A stretch of 64,000 bases of DNA from a bacterium (lineage in GTDB: Bacteria; Patescibacteriota; Minisyncoccia; JBBINA01): NCBI GenBank assembly GCA_037444125.1, contig JBBINA010000003.1:3167-67166 (forward strand), in the 5' to 3' direction. The notes under the pieces are model-generated. The model was not told the origin of the DNA. It saw only the letters and a list, made by a program, of their open reading frames with translations, and did no database searches. Positions 40,551-50,116 of the stretch are shown here, in pieces. Each line of letters opens with the position of its first letter. Position 1 is the stretch's first letter. The position numbers and the translations under genes were made by a program.

Positions 40551-41924
40551 TTATTCGTATTGCTCGCTGGCTAATGACTCAAACGACGTAGTTGCTGAAT
40601 CAAAATAAAGATTAACTTTACCTGTAGGACCATTTCTATGTTTAGCCACAATTATCTCAACGATATCTTGTTTTGTTTCTTCTTTTTTGGCAAATGGCTT
40701 GTGAATAAAAATCACCACATCGGCATCTTGTTCTATTGAGCCAGACTGACGCAAATCCGAAAGCTTTGGTCTAGCGTCGCTTCTATATTCTGTTCGTCGA
40801 GAAAGTTGAGATAATGCTATAATCGGTATGTCTAGTTCCCTGGCTAAACCCTTTAAACCTCTAGAAATCTCTGAAATTTGCTGAACTTCATTATCACGGG
40901 GCGTAAGCGGACTCATCAATTGCAAATAATCAACGATAAGGAGGTCTAGATCTCTTTCAGCTTTAAGACGCCTGGCCATCCCTCTCATTTGAAAAATATT
41001 CAACGATGGGCTATCGTCAATATAAATAGGGGCATTATAAAGCTCATTTAAGGCGTGATCTAAAGCTTTTCTTTCTTTATCGGCTATCTTGCCAACTCTC
41101 AACTTCCATAGATTTATGCGCCCAGATACAGCCAACAACCTATCAACAAGTTGCTCCTTAGACATTTCCAAACTAAAAATACCGACTACTCTTTTCTTTT
41201 CCGCCGCTAGGTAGCGAGCAATATTTAACGCCAATGCCGTTTTACCCAAAGACGGTCGCGCTCCTAAAATTATCAGATCTGATTTATGTAAACCGCCTAA
41301 TAAATTATCCAGCTCCGGAAAACCGGTTAATAAACCTTTAAGCTCGCCTTTACCTTCAGAAATAGCCAACAACCTTTCAAACTCTGCACTAACAAAGCTC
41401 CTAAGTTCAAGCAGCGATTTAGAACTTGAACGCTGGCTAATTCTGAAAATCACTTTTTCAGCTTCGTCTAAAATCTCTTCAATAGGTCTTGTAGCCTCGA
41501 AAGAGCTACCTAATATCTCATAGGCTGCATTGATTAAATCTCGAAGGACTTTCTTCTCATAAACTATTTTAGCATAATCAACTAAATTTACGCTCGTCGC
41601 CAATGTCTCAACTAAATCAGTTATATAGGTCACCCCACCGCATTTATCAAGAACCTGCCACTGTTCAAGCTTGTTGGTAATAGTAATTATATCTATAGCT
41701 TCCCCAGCTGCATAAATTTCTTTCATTGCTCTAAATATCTCGCGATGTGCTGGTTTATAAAAATCATCTTCTGTAATATTATCAACAATCCTAGACATTC
41801 CCTGCTGATCAATCAAAATAGAACCAAGTAATCCTCGTTCTGCTTCAATACTATGGGGCATTACCTTTAAATCTAAACTTTCAATAAATTTATCTTTGGT
41901 CCTGGTTTCTCTTTTTAAAGCCAC
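40551..41924 (-). CDS. dnaB: replicative DNA helicase DnaB
   Basis: 457 aa. N-terminal domain (PHSIEAERGLLGSILID), a RecA-like core with Walker A GARPSLGKTALAL, and DnaB motifs. Confidence 0.85.
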   Translation of the reverse strand: MALKRETRTKDKFIESLDLKVMPHSIEAERGLLGSILIDQQGMSRIVDNITEDDFYKPAHREIFRAMKEIYAAGEAIDIITITNKLEQWQVLDKCGGVTYITDLVETLATSVNLVDYAKIVYEKKVLRDLINAAYEILGSSFEATRPIEEILDEAEKVIFRISQRSSSKSLLELRSFVSAEFERLLAISEGKGELKGLLTGFPELDNLLGGLHKSDLIILGARPSLGKTALALNIARYLAAEKKRVVGIFSLEMSKEQLVDRLLAVSGRINLWKLRVGKIADKERKALDHALNELYNAPIYIDDSPSLNIFQMRGMARRLKAERDLDLLIVDYLQLMSPLTPRDNEVQQISEISRGLKGLARELDIPIIALSQLSRRTEYRSDARPKLSDLRQSGSIEQDADVVIFIHKPFAKKEETKQDIVEIIVAKHRNGPTGKVNLYFDSATTSFESLASEQYE

Positions 41925-42047
41925 AAAGGTTTTATAAAGTTTATTTAAATCACATTATCATACAGCCATCAAATATCAAAAACAAGGTAATAATATAAAC
42001 CTTGTTTTTAGTTATTAATATAAAAATGGTGGAAAATAATGTGGGTT

Positions 42048-42248
42048 TTATCTTAACATAAAGGGGAGAAGCCCTAAATATCTTGCTCGCTTAATGGCTC
42101 TTTTTAATTTTCGCTGACAAGTAAAACAGCTACCTGTTTTTTGGGCACTTAAAATCTTGCCCGTAGTGCTCATATAATTTTTTAACAAGGGCACATCCTT
42201 GTAAGTTATTTTATCAATATTTTTGGTGCAAAAATAACAACCTCGCAT
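42048..42248 (-). CDS. rpsR: 30S ribosomal protein S18
   Basis: 66 aa: CYFC...ITYKDVPLLKNYMSTTGKILSAQKTG.C..CQRKLKRAIKRARYLGLLPF. Confidence 0.85.
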   Translation of the reverse strand: MRGCYFCTKNIDKITYKDVPLLKNYMSTTGKILSAQKTGSCFTCQRKLKRAIKRARYLGLLPFMLR

Positions 42249-42268
42249 ATTTTTAAAAATTAATTTAT

Positions 42269-42733
42269 TTAGAAAGGGATATCTTCAACATTAATCTCAT
42301 CATTACTATCATCATTTTGGTTCTCCTGTTTTTCTGATGAAATTGTATCTTCTACTTCTTCTTGAGTTTCGGAGCTAACCAGTGGCCGCTCTTCGGACTC
42401 GCCCACCGTACGCGGGCCAAGCTGAAGCTCCTCAGCAACTATCTCTGTTCTTTTATGAGTAACCCCATCTTGTCCTTGCCAACTTCTTGTTTGCAAACGG
42501 CCAACTATTAAACATAAACTGCCTTTTTTCAGGTACTGAGAAGCCACTTCACCTAATCTACCGAACAAAACTATATGATGAAATTCGGCTAACATTTTAC
42601 GATTGCCATCTGGATCCATGCGCAGCGAATTAGTAGCTAAACCGATATTAACCACTGTTTTACCTGAAGGCGTTACCCGTAATTCTGGATCTCGCGTAAG
42701 TCTCCCTAATAAGAAGACTTTATTTAGATTCAT
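42269..42733 (-). CDS. ssb: single-stranded DNA-binding protein
   Basis: 154 aa. An OB fold (MNLNKVFLLGRLTRDPELR) and an acidic C-terminal tail ending DIPF. Confidence 0.85.
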   Translation of the reverse strand: MNLNKVFLLGRLTRDPELRVTPSGKTVVNIGLATNSLRMDPDGNRKMLAEFHHIVLFGRLGEVASQYLKKGSLCLIVGRLQTRSWQGQDGVTHKRTEIVAEELQLGPRTVGESEERPLVSSETQEEVEDTISSEKQENQNDDSNDEINVEDIPF

Positions 42734-42762
42734 TAAACTAATTAGAGGTTATTGCTGTCTTG

Positions 42763-43218
42763 TTATAAAGTTTCTTTGAAGATGTCCTCAAGTTTCTTAT
42801 CAATTTCTTTTATTGGCACTTTAGCTTTCTTTTTGGCCCGTTTAAATTTCTTAGCTGAAGTTGGTCTTATCTCTTTTTCTGGCTGCTTTTCCTCAGTCTC
42901 AGGCTTTACTTTAGCCACAGTTTCATCTTGCCTAAAAATCATATGCCTCAAAATCTCTTTTTGCAGATTAAAATACTTGGTTAAATTAGACATAGTTGAA
43001 GTGCTGGCTTTAAAATATATCGTGTAAAAAAATCCGTCATCCTGCTTTTTGATCGGATAAGCTAGCGTAATTTTACCATTATTTTCAACATTCATCACTT
43101 CGACTTTGTGCATTTTCATATAATCAACAATAGTAGTAGATAAATACTTCTCAGCTTCTTCCTGAGTAAACCTAGGAGTTAATATAACAGGCATTTCATA
43201 GCTTCGTTTGGTTTTCAT
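42763..43218 (-). CDS. rpsF: 30S ribosomal protein S6
   Basis: The start is probably the internal Met (MKTKRSYEMPVILTPRF, compare S6 MRHYEIVFMVHPD). The listed 178-aa ORF has a spurious 5' extension. The rpsF-ssb-rpsR order is conserved. Confidence 0.7.
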   Translation of the reverse strand: MKTKRSYEMPVILTPRFTQEEAEKYLSTTIVDYMKMHKVEVMNVENNGKITLAYPIKKQDDGFFYTIYFKASTSTMSNLTKYFNLQKEILRHMIFRQDETVAKVKPETEEKQPEKEIRPTSAKKFKRAKKKAKVPIKEIDKKLEDIFKETL

Positions 43219-43350
43219 AATATATAATAAATATAATAATTGAATGGCTCTAAAAGAATTAATCGGAAACATTATAACACAAGTCGCTTTTTTTTTCAAA
43301 TTTAGACCAATAGTTCAATTTAAGTACTAAATTAAACAATTAGCAATAGC

Positions 43351-43379
43351 TTGAAAAAAAAATAAAAAGTTAGTATGAT
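43351..43379 (+). promoter_or_regulatory. Sigma-70-like promoter TTGAAA-N17-TATGAT upstream of rpmE
   Basis: -35 at 43351-43356 and -10 at 43374-43379, with the gene start at 43413. Confidence 0.4.
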
Positions 43380-43412
43380 AACACTTCTTAAGAAATTAGC
43401 TAATCTTTTATT

Positions 43413-43640
43413 ATGAAACCAAAAATTCATCCTATTTACTATCCCAATGCCAAAGTTACCTGTGGCTGCGGGAATACTTTTAAGGTTGGTTCGGTCTTAA
43501 AAGAAATGAAAATAGAATTTTGTTCAAAATGTCATCCGGCTTTTACCGGCGTAAAAAAATTTATTGATACGACCCACAGGATTGAGAAGTTTAAAGAAAA
43601 AATGTCCCGAATCCAAAAAATGAAAAAAAGTAACTCCTAG
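43413..43640 (+). CDS. rpmE: 50S ribosomal protein L31
   Basis: 75 aa: MKPKIHPIYY...CGCGNTF...CSKCHPAFTG. Confidence 0.85.
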   Translation: MKPKIHPIYYPNAKVTCGCGNTFKVGSVLKEMKIEFCSKCHPAFTGVKKFIDTTHRIEKFKEKMSRIQKMKKSNS

Positions 43641-43657
43641 AATTAAAAGATTGTGCT

Positions 43658-44422
43658 ATGTTACCGCACCAATCAAATGATTATTCAAAGATTGTTTTAG
43701 AAATAAGGCAAGGCGTAGGAGGGGACGAGGCTAGTCTTTTTGTAGTTGATCTAATTCAAGCTTATCGAAAATATGCCGAAAAACACGGTTTAGTTTTTTC
43801 ACTAGAAGACGCAGTGAAAAATAGTTTAGGCGGCATTAAGGAAGCTGTAATCGAAATTTCAGGTAAAAATGCTTTCCAACTTTTTAAATATGAAGGCGGC
43901 GTTCATCGTGTTCAAAGAATACCCCAAACTGAACGCTATGGCAGGATTCATACATCCACTGTTTCAGTAGTTGTCATCCCATATACTGAAAATAAAACGG
44001 GAAATATCTCAATAGACCAACGAGATTTAAAAATAACAACTTTTCGCGCTTCTGGACCTGGCGGGCAATATGTAAACAAAACAGATTCGGCTGTACGCAT
44101 AACTCATATCCCAACTAATATCACTGTCGTTTCTCAAGATGAACGTTCGCAACATAAAAATAGAGAAAAAGCGATGAAAATTTTAAAATTAAAACTTTAT
44201 CTTCTACAACAACATAAGCACCAACAAGAAATAGATTCATTAAGAAGAAATCAGATTAAAACACAGGAAAGGTCTTTTAAAATACGCACTTACAATTATA
44301 AACAGAATCGCATCACTGATCATCGTATCCACAAAAGCTTTCACAATTTACAACACATTTTAAGCGGCAATCTTGATATTATTGTTAAGGAAAACGCAAA
44401 ATACGCCACTGAAAACAAATAA
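43658..44422 (+). CDS. prfA: peptide chain release factor 1 (class I RF, PxT type), lacking the N-terminal domain 1
   Basis: 254 aa with the GGQ motif (SGPGGQYVNKTDSAVRITHIPT) and a PQT tripeptide where RF1 has PAT (RVQRIPQTERYGRIHTS). It begins at the equivalent of E. coli RF1 residue about 103. Confidence 0.75.
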   Translation: MLPHQSNDYSKIVLEIRQGVGGDEASLFVVDLIQAYRKYAEKHGLVFSLEDAVKNSLGGIKEAVIEISGKNAFQLFKYEGGVHRVQRIPQTERYGRIHTSTVSVVVIPYTENKTGNISIDQRDLKITTFRASGPGGQYVNKTDSAVRITHIPTNITVVSQDERSQHKNREKAMKILKLKLYLLQQHKHQQEIDSLRRNQIKTQERSFKIRTYNYKQNRITDHRIHKSFHNLQHILSGNLDIIVKENAKYATENK

Positions 44423-44495
44423 TAGATCTTTAAAATAAAATCGGTCGACAAAATATTAATTTGTAAAAATAATTAAAAATCGGGGGGTTCTTATT

Positions 44496-45113
44496 ATGGT
44501 GAAAAACGATGAGCCTTTATATGAGAAAATAGTTCGCTCGCTAAAAGAAAACTTCAGTCTTATTGTCCTGCCCGTTATAGCAATCATAGTTTTAGCAACA
44601 GGTATCTATCTTTATTCGAAACAAAAAGCTCAGCTTTCGGTGCAAGATATTGCTAATGTTATTTCCCAACGCGAAATAACTAGCGAAACTGAAGAAAAAC
44701 CCGCCCAAGAAGAAGTCAAAACAGATGAAAAAGTCGCCGTGACAGAAACTCTTAAACCTGAGCCAACTCCCAATAAAACCCAAACAACAACAGAAGAAAC
44801 CAAATATACCTATGTTGCCAAAAAAGGAGAAGGAACAACGCATCTAGCACGCTATGCCATCAAAGATTATCTCCTTAATGATGCTACGGGCAAAACAATT
44901 AAAAATAAACTTACCCCTGAACATAAAGTATACGCCGAAGACTACATTAAAGATGTAGTCAATAAAAGTTCGCTTAAGGTTGGCGAAAAAATAATTTTTT
45001 CTCAAGACCTTATCCAAGAAGCTGTCAATAAATCACTTAACTTAAGCGATAAACAGCTAGCCAACCTAAAACAGTTCTCTAATAAAATTGTTTCATTTAA
45101 CCTCAATTATTAG
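44496..45113 (+). CDS. hypothetical membrane-anchored protein
   Basis: 205 aa with one TM (LIVLPVIAIIVLATGIYLY) and a T/E/K-rich linker. Confidence 0.35.
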   Translation: MVKNDEPLYEKIVRSLKENFSLIVLPVIAIIVLATGIYLYSKQKAQLSVQDIANVISQREITSETEEKPAQEEVKTDEKVAVTETLKPEPTPNKTQTTTEETKYTYVAKKGEGTTHLARYAIKDYLLNDATGKTIKNKLTPEHKVYAEDYIKDVVNKSSLKVGEKIIFSQDLIQEAVNKSLNLSDKQLANLKQFSNKIVSFNLNY

Positions 45114-45137
45114 TATTAGTTCCTTTTTCCTATAAAC

Positions 45138-45173
45138 AAAACTCTCGCCCTAAACAAGCGGGAGTTTTGTTTT
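45138..45173. terminator. Bidirectional rho-independent terminator between convergent genes
   Basis: Hairpin AAAACTCTCGC...GCGGGAGTTTT (11 bp with one G-U) followed by GTTTT. An A/T-rich tract also flanks it on the opposite strand. Confidence 0.5.
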
Positions 45174-45177
45174 ATAA

Positions 45178-46551
45178 CTAATTTTGTCTCTCCAAAATAT
45201 CAATTTCTTTTTGGTAATAATCGGTCAGGTCCATAATAGAATCGCCATAAAAATAGTAACGCGGTTGGTTCCAACGTGATCCAGCAAAATACATCTGAAC
45301 CGCTTTCCATTCGCTTTTCTTATTACCAAAAACGGCTCCAAGATCTTTTAATTTTAACGCCGCACCTATAATAGCATCGCCAAAATTAAACGGTGAAGGC
45401 GGATTACGACCTACAATTTCGGCAATCCTATTTTTATAAGCAAGCCAGGTGCTTGGCAAAAATTGCGCTGGTCCCAAAGCACCGCCACAGCCGTAATCAG
45501 GCGCCTTAGAAACCTGAATAATATTAGCATCAAGTTTTAACTCCTGCATAATAGTAAAAAGGGCTTCTTTCTCTTGTTGGGCTTTGCTAATCTTGCCCAA
45601 AGACATATAACAATCATACAAATCAGTTTTCCAATTACCTTTACCAATATTAGCCCCCCATTCTGACTCTTTTTTCAACAAAGCTAATAAAAAAGCCGCC
45701 CTAACACCAGTTTTTTCTTCAGCATATTTAGCGTTTTTATAGGCATCGGCAAATGACATTTTTACGCCTAAACCTTCTAACACATATAACTGCTGTTTTA
45801 TTCTCTCAATATCGTCTTTGGTTATCTCGATAGTATTTTCATAAGACTTTTGTGCCTCTCGTATCTCGAAAAGAATACGTTCTTTGTTGCTTTTTTTTAA
45901 AGCCAATTCTCTTTTCTGAACAACAACCAATGCTTTTAATTCATTCATCTCTTCTTTGCGTTCCCTTAACTCCGCAATTTTTTGTTCTTTTTGAGCTTTA
46001 AGTTCCTTTAAATGAGCAACACGGGCATTAATTCTCTCCTGTATAGATTCTAAATGTTGCATGTTGCTAAAAACGCCAGAAAGGGTGGCGTTCAAAAAAA
46101 ACAGGCGAAAAACAGAAAAATTACTTTTAATTTCGTTTAAATCCCTTAAAAGCTGACTAATAATTTTCTTCTCCAAAAGCATGTTTTTCGTCAAATTCTC
46201 AATATCAATCTCGCTTTCAAAAATGCTATTTTTAGCCACTTCTATTTCGTAATTAAGCCTCTCTATCTCTAGATTCAATCTGTTAATTGAAAAATCTATG
46301 TTCTTGAGATCGTTAATTGTCGACTTCTCTCTTGATTTTTCTTCTTCAATTCTTTGGCGTAAATTATTTATTTCCTGTTCCAAATACTGAATCTTTTCAC
46401 GATAATACTTTTTCAGTTCTTCCTTATCTAAAGCATCTTGGGCTCTTGCAATATGACCAAAAGTAATAAAAAAAAATAAGCCAATAAGAAAAAAATTATA
46501 AATAGTTTTTTTGAAAAAATAGTTCACCTTACTTTTTTGTTGGTCATTTCT
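45178..46551 (-). CDS. secreted coiled-coil protein with a C-terminal lytic-transglycosylase-like domain (MltB/SLT family-3-like)
   Basis: The probable start is the internal Met (MRNDQQ..), followed by a signal/TM and about 250 aa of coiled coil. The C-terminal domain carries GCGGALGPAQFLPSTW, matching the GxxGxxQF(M/L)PSTW motif of MltB-type transglycosylases. The listed ORF has a 5' extension overlapping rplY. Confidence 0.5.
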   Translation of the reverse strand, partial: RNDQQKSKVNYFFKKTIYNFFLIGLFFFITFGHIARAQDALDKEELKKYYREKIQYLEQEINNLRQRIEEEKSREKSTINDLKNIDFSINRLNLEIERLNYEIEVAKNSIFESEIDIENLTKNMLLEKKIISQLLRDLNEIKSNFSVFRLFFLNATLSGVFSNMQHLESIQERINARVAHLKELKAQKEQKIAELRERKEEMNELKALVVVQKRELALKKSNKERILFEIREAQKSYENTIEITKDDIERIKQQLYVLEGLGVKMSFADAYKNAKYAEEKTGVRAAFLLALLKKESEWGANIGKGNWKTDLYDCYMSLGKISKAQQEKEALFTIMQELKLDANIIQVSKAPDYGCGGALGPAQFLPSTWLAYKNRIAEIVGRNPPSPFNFGDAIIGAALKLKDLGAVFGNKKSEWKAVQMYFAGSRWNQPRYYFYGDSIMDLTDYYQKEIDILERQN

Positions 46552-47224
46552 CATCTGTTTTTCTGTCTTTAGACACAGAATCGCTACCCTGCACAGTCTC
46601 TTTTGAAGCAAATTCTCCTTGACCCGAAACGGATGCCACATTTTCTGCAGAAATTTCTTCAGCGGCCCGACGCATAAAAGCAAAAACTATAACTTCATCT
46701 AAACCTTCTTTAATTTCTAAATCCTTTAAAACAGGCACATCTTTAACTTTAATTTGGTCACCTATTTTCTTCAAAGCTGAAATATCAATAGTTATTTCTT
46801 TGGGCAATTTGTCCGCTAAACCACTAACAGTCAGTTCCTTATGATTTTTAATCAAAATTCCACCTTGAGATTCGGCTTCGCTTTTACCCACAAACACCAA
46901 AGGAACTTTAACAGTTATCTTGTGAGACGGTATTTGATATAAGTCTATATGAAGCACATGGTCTGTAACTGGATGTACCTGAACATCTTTAAATAACACT
47001 CGATATTTTTGAGTTTCCTGATTTTCGCCAGACAGTTCAAAATCAATCACCATAGTCTTGCCCGACTCTCCATAGATTTTTTTAAGGTCTTTAGCTTTAA
47101 CAGAAAAAGGCAATGGAGACAATTTTTCTCCGTATAAAATCCCAGGCACAAAACCCGCTTGTCTCAATTTTGCAATTTTTTTTCCAAAAACTGAACGTCT
47201 TTCACCTTTTAAAGTTATAGTCAT
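46544..47224 (-). CDS. rplY: 50S ribosomal protein L25 / general stress protein Ctc
   Basis: 226 aa with the L25 N-terminal beta-barrel (RQAGFVPGILYG) and a Ctc-type C-terminal domain. Confidence 0.75.
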   Translation of the reverse strand: MTITLKGERRSVFGKKIAKLRQAGFVPGILYGEKLSPLPFSVKAKDLKKIYGESGKTMVIDFELSGENQETQKYRVLFKDVQVHPVTDHVLHIDLYQIPSHKITVKVPLVFVGKSEAESQGGILIKNHKELTVSGLADKLPKEITIDISALKKIGDQIKVKDVPVLKDLEIKEGLDEVIVFAFMRRAAEEISAENVASVSGQGEFASKETVQGSDSVSKDRKTDEK

Positions 47225-47556
47225 ACCGGATGATTATTTTTAAAAAATCGGTGTACTTTTAAAATTTCACTGGAACTTAAATTAGATTTTTCCCTAAAAT
47301 AAATCGTATCTTCCTTTGTCAAATCAGTCATACAAACAACAACTGAATACTTTTCCTTAACTTGACTTTTCTTTAACCTTAATAAAACCGATCCTGCACA
47401 TTCTACGCAGTCAATATGGATTAAAAGGCACTTCCCATTATCATAAACAATTAGAGCATTCCTTTTATTAAAACTAGTCTGACAAACTGGACAATTAATC
47501 AACAATTCTGCATCTTCCAATTTATTATTTTTAAACTCTAATAAAGATCCTTTCAA
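47221..47556 (-). CDS. hypothetical protein with a CxxC...CxxC motif
   Basis: 111 aa: CPVCQ...CVEC. Possibly a zinc ribbon. Confidence 0.3.
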   Translation of the reverse strand: MKGSLLEFKNNKLEDAELLINCPVCQTSFNKRNALIVYDNGKCLLIHIDCVECAGSVLLRLKKSQVKEKYSVVVCMTDLTKEDTIYFREKSNLSSSEILKVHRFFKNNHPV

Positions 47557-47584
47557 AAAAATAAAAAACAGTTATAGCTTAACT

Positions 47585-48847
47585 CTATTCTATTATTATA
47601 TAACCTTTTTCGAAATTTTCAAGCACTAATTTCTCCAAATTTTCCGCTCCCAAATACTCTTTAAAAAGGTTATTCCATAAAGCTTCTTGATGATGATAGA
47701 GATATTTTATCATCTCTTCTTCTTTAACAAGCGCCATTATATTATCAATAAGGTCAAAACTTACCAATATCTCACCCTCACGTTCTGACCTAAAATAATC
47801 ACCAACAAAACTTAGTCCTTCAAATAAATCCAATTCCAAACCAGATACATCTCTTGATAACCTACTTAAGGCCGCCTCGGCTTTTTCCCAATGAAACGCC
47901 TCAGGATTAACATGAGGAAAAACAAGTCTTGGATCCTCCTTGTTTTCCTTAGCTAAATATCGTTGAATTATCAAGCAGGTCGGCTTATTTTGAGCCCTAA
48001 GTTTTTCTAAAGATTCTAAGCTAACAATATCTCCTCGCAAAGCTGATTGAAATTTTTCATTAAAACCTTCTGACTTTGTATAGTGCTGAAAAAGGGCTGA
48101 ATAAAACTTTATCTCAAAAATATAATGAAGCAAAAGCGAAAAAACTCTTAACCAAAAACCGCTACCTTCGGGATTAATAGGCAATATGAACACTACTCCC
48201 AGCTCTTTAAGGTGGCTCAGGTTGTGATACTTTTTCTCAACAAAATCTTTAAAAAGCTCGCGCCATTTTGTCTGCACTAATATAATTTCTATCTCCCTCG
48301 GTTCAAAATCTAACGGACTGATATTATTGTAGTTAAGAATAAATTCTGTGTTCATCCAATTTCTATCCTCAACCACTCTTAACAACGCGTATATTTCGTA
48401 AATATCTTCTCTTTCTAATAGCTCTTTTGTCGAAGAATAACCAAGAAGTCTCAAAAGATTTGGCGGTGGCGTTTCTAAAATCATTTTTCGGGCAACATCT
48501 TTTTTTAAGAAATAACCAGTACGCCCAGCAACAAGGTCTTCCGCTCCATTGATAAATTTTTGCAATGTCGGCGGTTTAGCAAAATCTGGCTTGCCAAAAT
48601 ATTTAAAAAGAATCTGCTCAGACTTCGCAAGCAAATGCTCCACCCGACGGCTAACTAATTCAGCAGAGGCAGTTATATCAAGCCCTAATTTTTTAAGAAA
48701 CGCTATCATCCGTTCTTCATTGATTTTAATAACGCTTTCTATGATATCTTCCTTAATGCTGTATGGCCGAATGCGTTCATCTAATCGAAACAAATCATCA
48801 GGTTGAATTCGTAATATTTTAGCTAAACGTCTATATGGATTTACCAT
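47585..48847 (-). CDS. hypothetical protein
   Basis: 420-aa soluble protein with no recognised motif. Confidence 0.3.
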   Translation of the reverse strand: MVNPYRRLAKILRIQPDDLFRLDERIRPYSIKEDIIESVIKINEERMIAFLKKLGLDITASAELVSRRVEHLLAKSEQILFKYFGKPDFAKPPTLQKFINGAEDLVAGRTGYFLKKDVARKMILETPPPNLLRLLGYSSTKELLEREDIYEIYALLRVVEDRNWMNTEFILNYNNISPLDFEPREIEIILVQTKWRELFKDFVEKKYHNLSHLKELGVVFILPINPEGSGFWLRVFSLLLHYIFEIKFYSALFQHYTKSEGFNEKFQSALRGDIVSLESLEKLRAQNKPTCLIIQRYLAKENKEDPRLVFPHVNPEAFHWEKAEAALSRLSRDVSGLELDLFEGLSFVGDYFRSEREGEILVSFDLIDNIMALVKEEEMIKYLYHHQEALWNNLFKEYLGAENLEKLVLENFEKGYIIIE

Positions 48848-48883
48848 TTAAAAGATTAACTATAAAAATTTGAATTTTTAATT

Positions 48884-49921
48884 TTAAATGAAATCTTTTT
48901 TTATTTTAAGATGGTTTATGTGCCAACGCGAATCTTCCAAATCTCGACCATTTAATAAGTAATTTTTGGCTCCTACATTTTCCACAACTGAGGTGGCGTT
49001 GGCATTAGCTATTCTCAAACATTCCTGCAAAAGTAAATCTTCATTATGCGAATCAAAAAGCTTACTTTCTAAGATACCAGTTTTTATCACACCATAAACA
49101 AATCCAGAACCAAAAGCGTCGCCGGCTCCAGTTCTATCTACAATTTGATGTTCGGGAAAAGTTGTTGAGTAAAGATAATACCTCCCATTGGATACATACG
49201 AGCCGTTTTTGCCGTCAGTTATAACCACATAATATTTATAAAGACCCCTTAATTTTTTCAAGATAGTTTTTATATCTTCTCTATGAGTTCGTGTTAAAAT
49301 AGAAGCCTCGTCCAGATTTAACAAAAGAATATCCGCATCTTTTATAACTGATTTAAGCTTCTCAAAATCTTGTTGTAATTCTTTAGCTCCGGGATTTAAA
49401 ATAGTTTTTGTTCGATTCTTTTTGGCTTGCTCAAAAATAAATTGAAACAAACTTATCTTCCCATTCAACGATCCAATATAAAACCATTTCGATATAAGAT
49501 TTACCAAAATACTCTCATCAAAACTAATCAATGCGGAAGCATTTTTATAAACTAATATAGTCCGCTCACCAGATCCAACATGTAAAATTGAAGAATAATC
49601 AGTAATAGCGTTTGAACGAACTTGCATAAAATCTGTAACCACCCCTTCTTTGTTTAACTCTTCAATTATTGCTCGGCCATTAAAGTCGTTACCAACCGAA
49701 GCCAAACAAGCTGTTTTTAAACCTTTGCGGGCAAAAGAAACTGCCGTGTTGGTAGCCGAACCTCCGCTGGTAAAAATTACTTCATCAACTTCAATTTTTT
49801 CGCCTAAAACAAAACAGCCAACGGGTTTAGTCAACAAATGCCGTTCTTTTAAAATATGGAATGCCTTTGATTTTAGAAAAACATCGCGCGTGGCTGAACC
49901 AATTGTCACGACATCAAACAT
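48884..49921 (-). CDS. PfkB-family carbohydrate/nucleoside kinase (ribokinase-like)
   Basis: 345 aa. N-terminal GG motif (GGSATNTAVSFARKG) and the C-terminal anion-hole DRTGAGDAFGSGFVYG. Confidence 0.7.
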   Translation of the reverse strand: MFDVVTIGSATRDVFLKSKAFHILKERHLLTKPVGCFVLGEKIEVDEVIFTSGGSATNTAVSFARKGLKTACLASVGNDFNGRAIIEELNKEGVVTDFMQVRSNAITDYSSILHVGSGERTILVYKNASALISFDESILVNLISKWFYIGSLNGKISLFQFIFEQAKKNRTKTILNPGAKELQQDFEKLKSVIKDADILLLNLDEASILTRTHREDIKTILKKLRGLYKYYVVITDGKNGSYVSNGRYYLYSTTFPEHQIVDRTGAGDAFGSGFVYGVIKTGILESKLFDSHNEDLLLQECLRIANANATSVVENVGAKNYLLNGRDLEDSRWHINHLKIKKDFI

Positions 49922-50116
49922 TTTTTATATTATCATACCTCATTAGTAAAAATATACAAGTCGCATCTAGATAAAATCCTAAAAGGATTTTTTATCAAAC
50001 AATTATGCATTCAATTGCCATTTCTAATGTCGCATAATTTCATCAGACTTATTTTACTTCACAAAGAATAAAATATTTTTTGATGTCGCTAAATTGATGT
50101 AACAAAATAAAAAAGT

